Below are positions 61,134-64,000 of a DNA stretch of 64,000 nucleotides, one piece after another. Each line of letters opens with the position of its first letter. The first letter of the stretch is position 1. The notes beneath the pieces were generated by a model, which was given only the letters and a program-made list of their open reading frames with translations, did no database searches and was not told the DNA's origin. The stretch is from positions 7,688,001 to 7,752,000 of the forward strand of contig NC_058383.1 in the NCBI RefSeq assembly GCF_018350175.1, in the 5' to 3' direction. The position numbers and the translations under genes were made by a program. Source of the stretch: Felis catus. Its lineage: Eukaryota.

Positions 61134-64000
61134 TCAGTAGTCATCCACGCTCTCGATCTCACCAGAAGGTCCGTGCAGGGAGTACCCTGAAGCCGGGGAG
61201 AAGCTGGGTTTGAGCTCTCCCCAGGGCCCCGCCCCATACGAGTAAGAAGCCTCCTTCATGGCCGCACCCCCAAACTTACCCAAGATGCTGGGATCCGAGT
61301 GCAGCATCAGAGCCCGCCTCTTGGCCTTGCTGCCCTCCCCAGGGCCGAGTTTGGTGCTGTGGTTGGTCTGAAAGGCTGTCTGCAGGGAGCCGCCGCTCAG
61401 CCAAGCCTCCTGCGGGGCGCAGAAGGAAGCTGGGTCAGCGCAGTGTGGGGCGATCTCATCCCACCTCATCCCACCTGCCGGGGGAGCCAACGGAGCCTCA
61501 CCTGCTGCCGCTGCTGGCTGGCTTTCTGTTTGGCCCTCCGCTCCAGGAACTGTTTGGCAAATTCTTTGGCTTCCAGCGTGTCCCCCAAGCAGGACCGGAT
61601 ATAATCGTGGACATCGTAGGGGGATTCTACCTCCTTGAGGATCGCTACAGCCATGGGCACTAAGGGGCAGGAGAGGCGGGCTGTCAGGGCCCAACTGATG
61701 CAGGTCGGGAAGCCCTCGGCCAGCCCGGCACCCTCAGGGGCTGCTGCCCATACCGTCCAGGCTGCCTGTGGTGCTCAATGTGTGCAGCATCTGCTCACAC
61801 CACTGGGTGAAGCCGTCCTGGGGCCTGGGGATGCCCTGGAGCAGCTTCAGCAGCTTCTCTTCCTCCTCTGTCTTTTTGCGCACAGGCCGGCCTGACAGGT
61901 GGCTGTACGAGTCACTGAGCAGGACGGGGACGAACCGGAGGCATGAAATCTGCCGAGGCAGGTCAGGGTCTCCCCCTCCCCCGCCCCGCCGCGCAGACAG
62001 ACCCCGGCACCCACCTGAGAGACGGGCTGCTCCGGCTGTTCTTCAGGCCCAGGCTGCGGGCCAGGCTCCCGCTGCTCTTGAGGGTGTCCTCCCAGAGCCC
62101 CAGGCCACCGCTGCTGCCCCCACTCTTGTCGGGCCCGCCCCACAGTGGCCCAGCCTCAGACACCCACTGGTTCAGAGGAGCAGCGCCCAGGCCCCCGAGC
62201 TGCTACAGATGGCAGAAGTCAGGGTGACCCAAACACAGACACACGCACTCCAAACAGCTAGGTGGGGGAGGGGGGCTCGTTTAGGTGGCGGAGCGCGGCA
62301 AGGTGAGGGCCGCCCAGAAGCGAGAGCCTTCAGAGTCAGGTCTGTGCCTTGGGCTCAACCATCCCTCCCCCTGCTCCCCCCACCCCCGGTCACCCTGGGA
62401 ACTGTAACTGGAAGGGGGGGTTCCTGAGGGCTCAAGACCGGCTGATCGACCGGTGGGGGAAGGGCCGGCCCGCCTGCTCACCACACGGTGGTTGGGGGCC
62501 TGGGCCCGCGACGGCTCCCGAGGCGGGGGCTGCTTATGCAGCTGCCGCTCGCCCTCCAGCTGCAGCTCCAGCAGCGTCTTCATGGACAGCCCCTGCTTGG
62601 CCAGGCCGGCCCACAACGGTGGCGGGGAGCTGGGTGCGGGGGACGCCGGGACGGCGGCCGCTGCCTGCTGCTGCTGCAGCAGCTTCAGCAGGAGCTCCTG
62701 CTGCCGCACCTGGAGCGGGGAGACGCGGGGAGACGCGGGGAGACGCGGTGAGACACGGGAAGACGCGGGGAGAGCGCGCGGCCGGCCCCGGACCCCGGGC
62801 CCCGGGCCCCAGCCCAGCGGGGGAGGCCCAGCTGGGCACCCACCTGCTTGCGCCGAAACAGCTCCTCTTCTTCCTGCCGCCGCTTCTGCTCCTCCTGCTG
62901 CTGCTGCTGCTGCCGGCGCTTCTCCTCCCGCCGCTTGCGCTCCTCCTCCTCCCGCTTCGCCCTGAGCTCCACTTCTCTGCGCTCTTGGAACTGGCACAGG
63001 AAGCCAGCTCAGACGGCAGAGTGGGGGCACCCAGCCTTCCCCTGCGTCGGTCTGGCCCCTGCCACCCCAGGACCCCAGCCCCCTGAAGCCCACTCACTTT
63101 GTGTTGCAGCTGGAGTTGTTCTAGAATTGGACCCTGAGTCGAAGAGTTAATTGGTATGTCCCAAAGACTGGCCTCACCGCCTGCAGGAAGCAAAGCAGCT
63201 GCAGGAAGCAGCTCAGAGTGCCGCCGAGCTAGAGCGCAAGAGGGTGGGAGCAGACACAGAGCCCCTGGCCCGCCCCCCCCGGGATTGGGGCACTGGGGTT
63301 CAGAAAGTGGGGGCAGGGGACAGGCTGGCCACACACCTGACTGTGATGAGGCTGAGGTATGTATGTCCCAGAGGGGGCCCGAATCCGGCACCGACAAGGA
63401 CCGGTTCATGGTCGGGAGCAGGTTCTGGTCCCCGCCTCTGAGGAGCAGAGCGAGGATTCTCAGGACCGGAGTCCCTCTCGGCTCTGCCCACCTCCCCCCC
63501 TGCACAGACTGGCCCCGGACCTGGGCGGTTTGAGAGCTTGGAGCTGCTGTAGGAACGCAGTGAGCTGCTGCTGGGGCGGCGTCAGGTCCCCCAGAGCGGC
63601 CTTTTCCCGGAGCGCGCACTGCGGGAGCTGCCGGCTGCAGACACGGAGACTGGTGTCGAGCGGGGAGAGGCCACACAGCCGGCGCCCGGCCTGACCCACA
63701 AGGCCTTCAAGGCCCCCGTACCTGCCGACCAGCTGCAGAAACTGCTGGTGCTGCAGCTGCTGGTACAAGGCCGCGGCCGCCAGCTCCTGCTGCTTCTTCA
63801 GCCGCTCCTGGTCCATGTTGCCCTGAGTGGGGGCCAGAGCGCTTCTGTGCCTCTGACCTGGTCTCGCTCCGCACCACCCGCCGCCATCCGTCCGGCTCCC
63901 GCTTCCCCGCCCTGCTCCTCTCCAGGTGGACGTGCTCACCAGCAGTGGGGGTGGTGAGGGTCCCGGGGCAAAGGGCACGCGACCCCACATCTTGATCACC
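61134..64000 (-). CDS. GIGYF1: GRB10-interacting GYF protein 1, 3' coding exons (end of GYF domain to C-terminus); 5' part lies outside the window
   Basis: Exons on the minus strand: 63940-64000+ (VIKMWGRVPFAPGPSPPPLL), 63722-63822, 63521-63634, 63337-63437, 63098-63180, 62844-62990, 62482-62709, 62015-62202, 61754-61914, 61502-61659, 61280-61409, 61134-61186 (GYSLHGPSGEIESVDDY*). Phases are consistent; Q/E/R-rich coiled-coil region. Confidence 0.96.
62716..62773. repeat. 10-bp tandem repeat (GGGGAGACGC)~6 in a GIGYF1 intron
   Basis: Three perfect and about three degenerate units next to the acceptor at 62710. Confidence 0.9.

Noticed and set aside
62281-63676. 270-aa and 380-aa ORFs as separate genes
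   Set aside because: Mosaics of GIGYF1 exons and read-through introns, already explained by the GIGYF1 model.

Overview
This is mammalian genomic DNA from a felid, judged by its many SINEC_Fc/Can-SINE elements. It looks like a short-read assembly and has 8 small N gaps. The window is the gene-dense block syntenic to human 7q22.1, in the conserved order and orientation: FBXO24 3' end (+), PCOLCE (+), MOSPD3 (+), TFR2 (-), ACTL6B (-), GNB2 (+), GIGYF1 3' half (-). I traced the exons by splice signals and translation. MOSPD3 (234 aa), TFR2 (805 aa) and ACTL6B (426 aa) are complete and intact. PCOLCE and GNB2 each have coding sequence hidden in gaps. Most entries in the ORF track are spurious ORFs in GC-rich or repeat DNA. 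I cannot support a wholly new biological system here. The best lead is a strongly signalled, frame-preserving 75-nt cassette exon in PCOLCE that would insert a Trp-rich WxxWxxW peptide between CUB1 and CUB2. Other leads: a split (9-nt spacer) RE1/REST site in the ACTL6B 5'UTR; a CRE/CCAAT candidate internal promoter with an in-frame ATG before the last TFR2 exon; twin RFX X-boxes in GNB2 intron 1; clustered miR-17~92 seed sites in the GIGYF1 3'UTR; a U12 intron (ACTL6B) and a GC-AG intron (TFR2). Comparisons with human orthologues are from memory and should be re-aligned.
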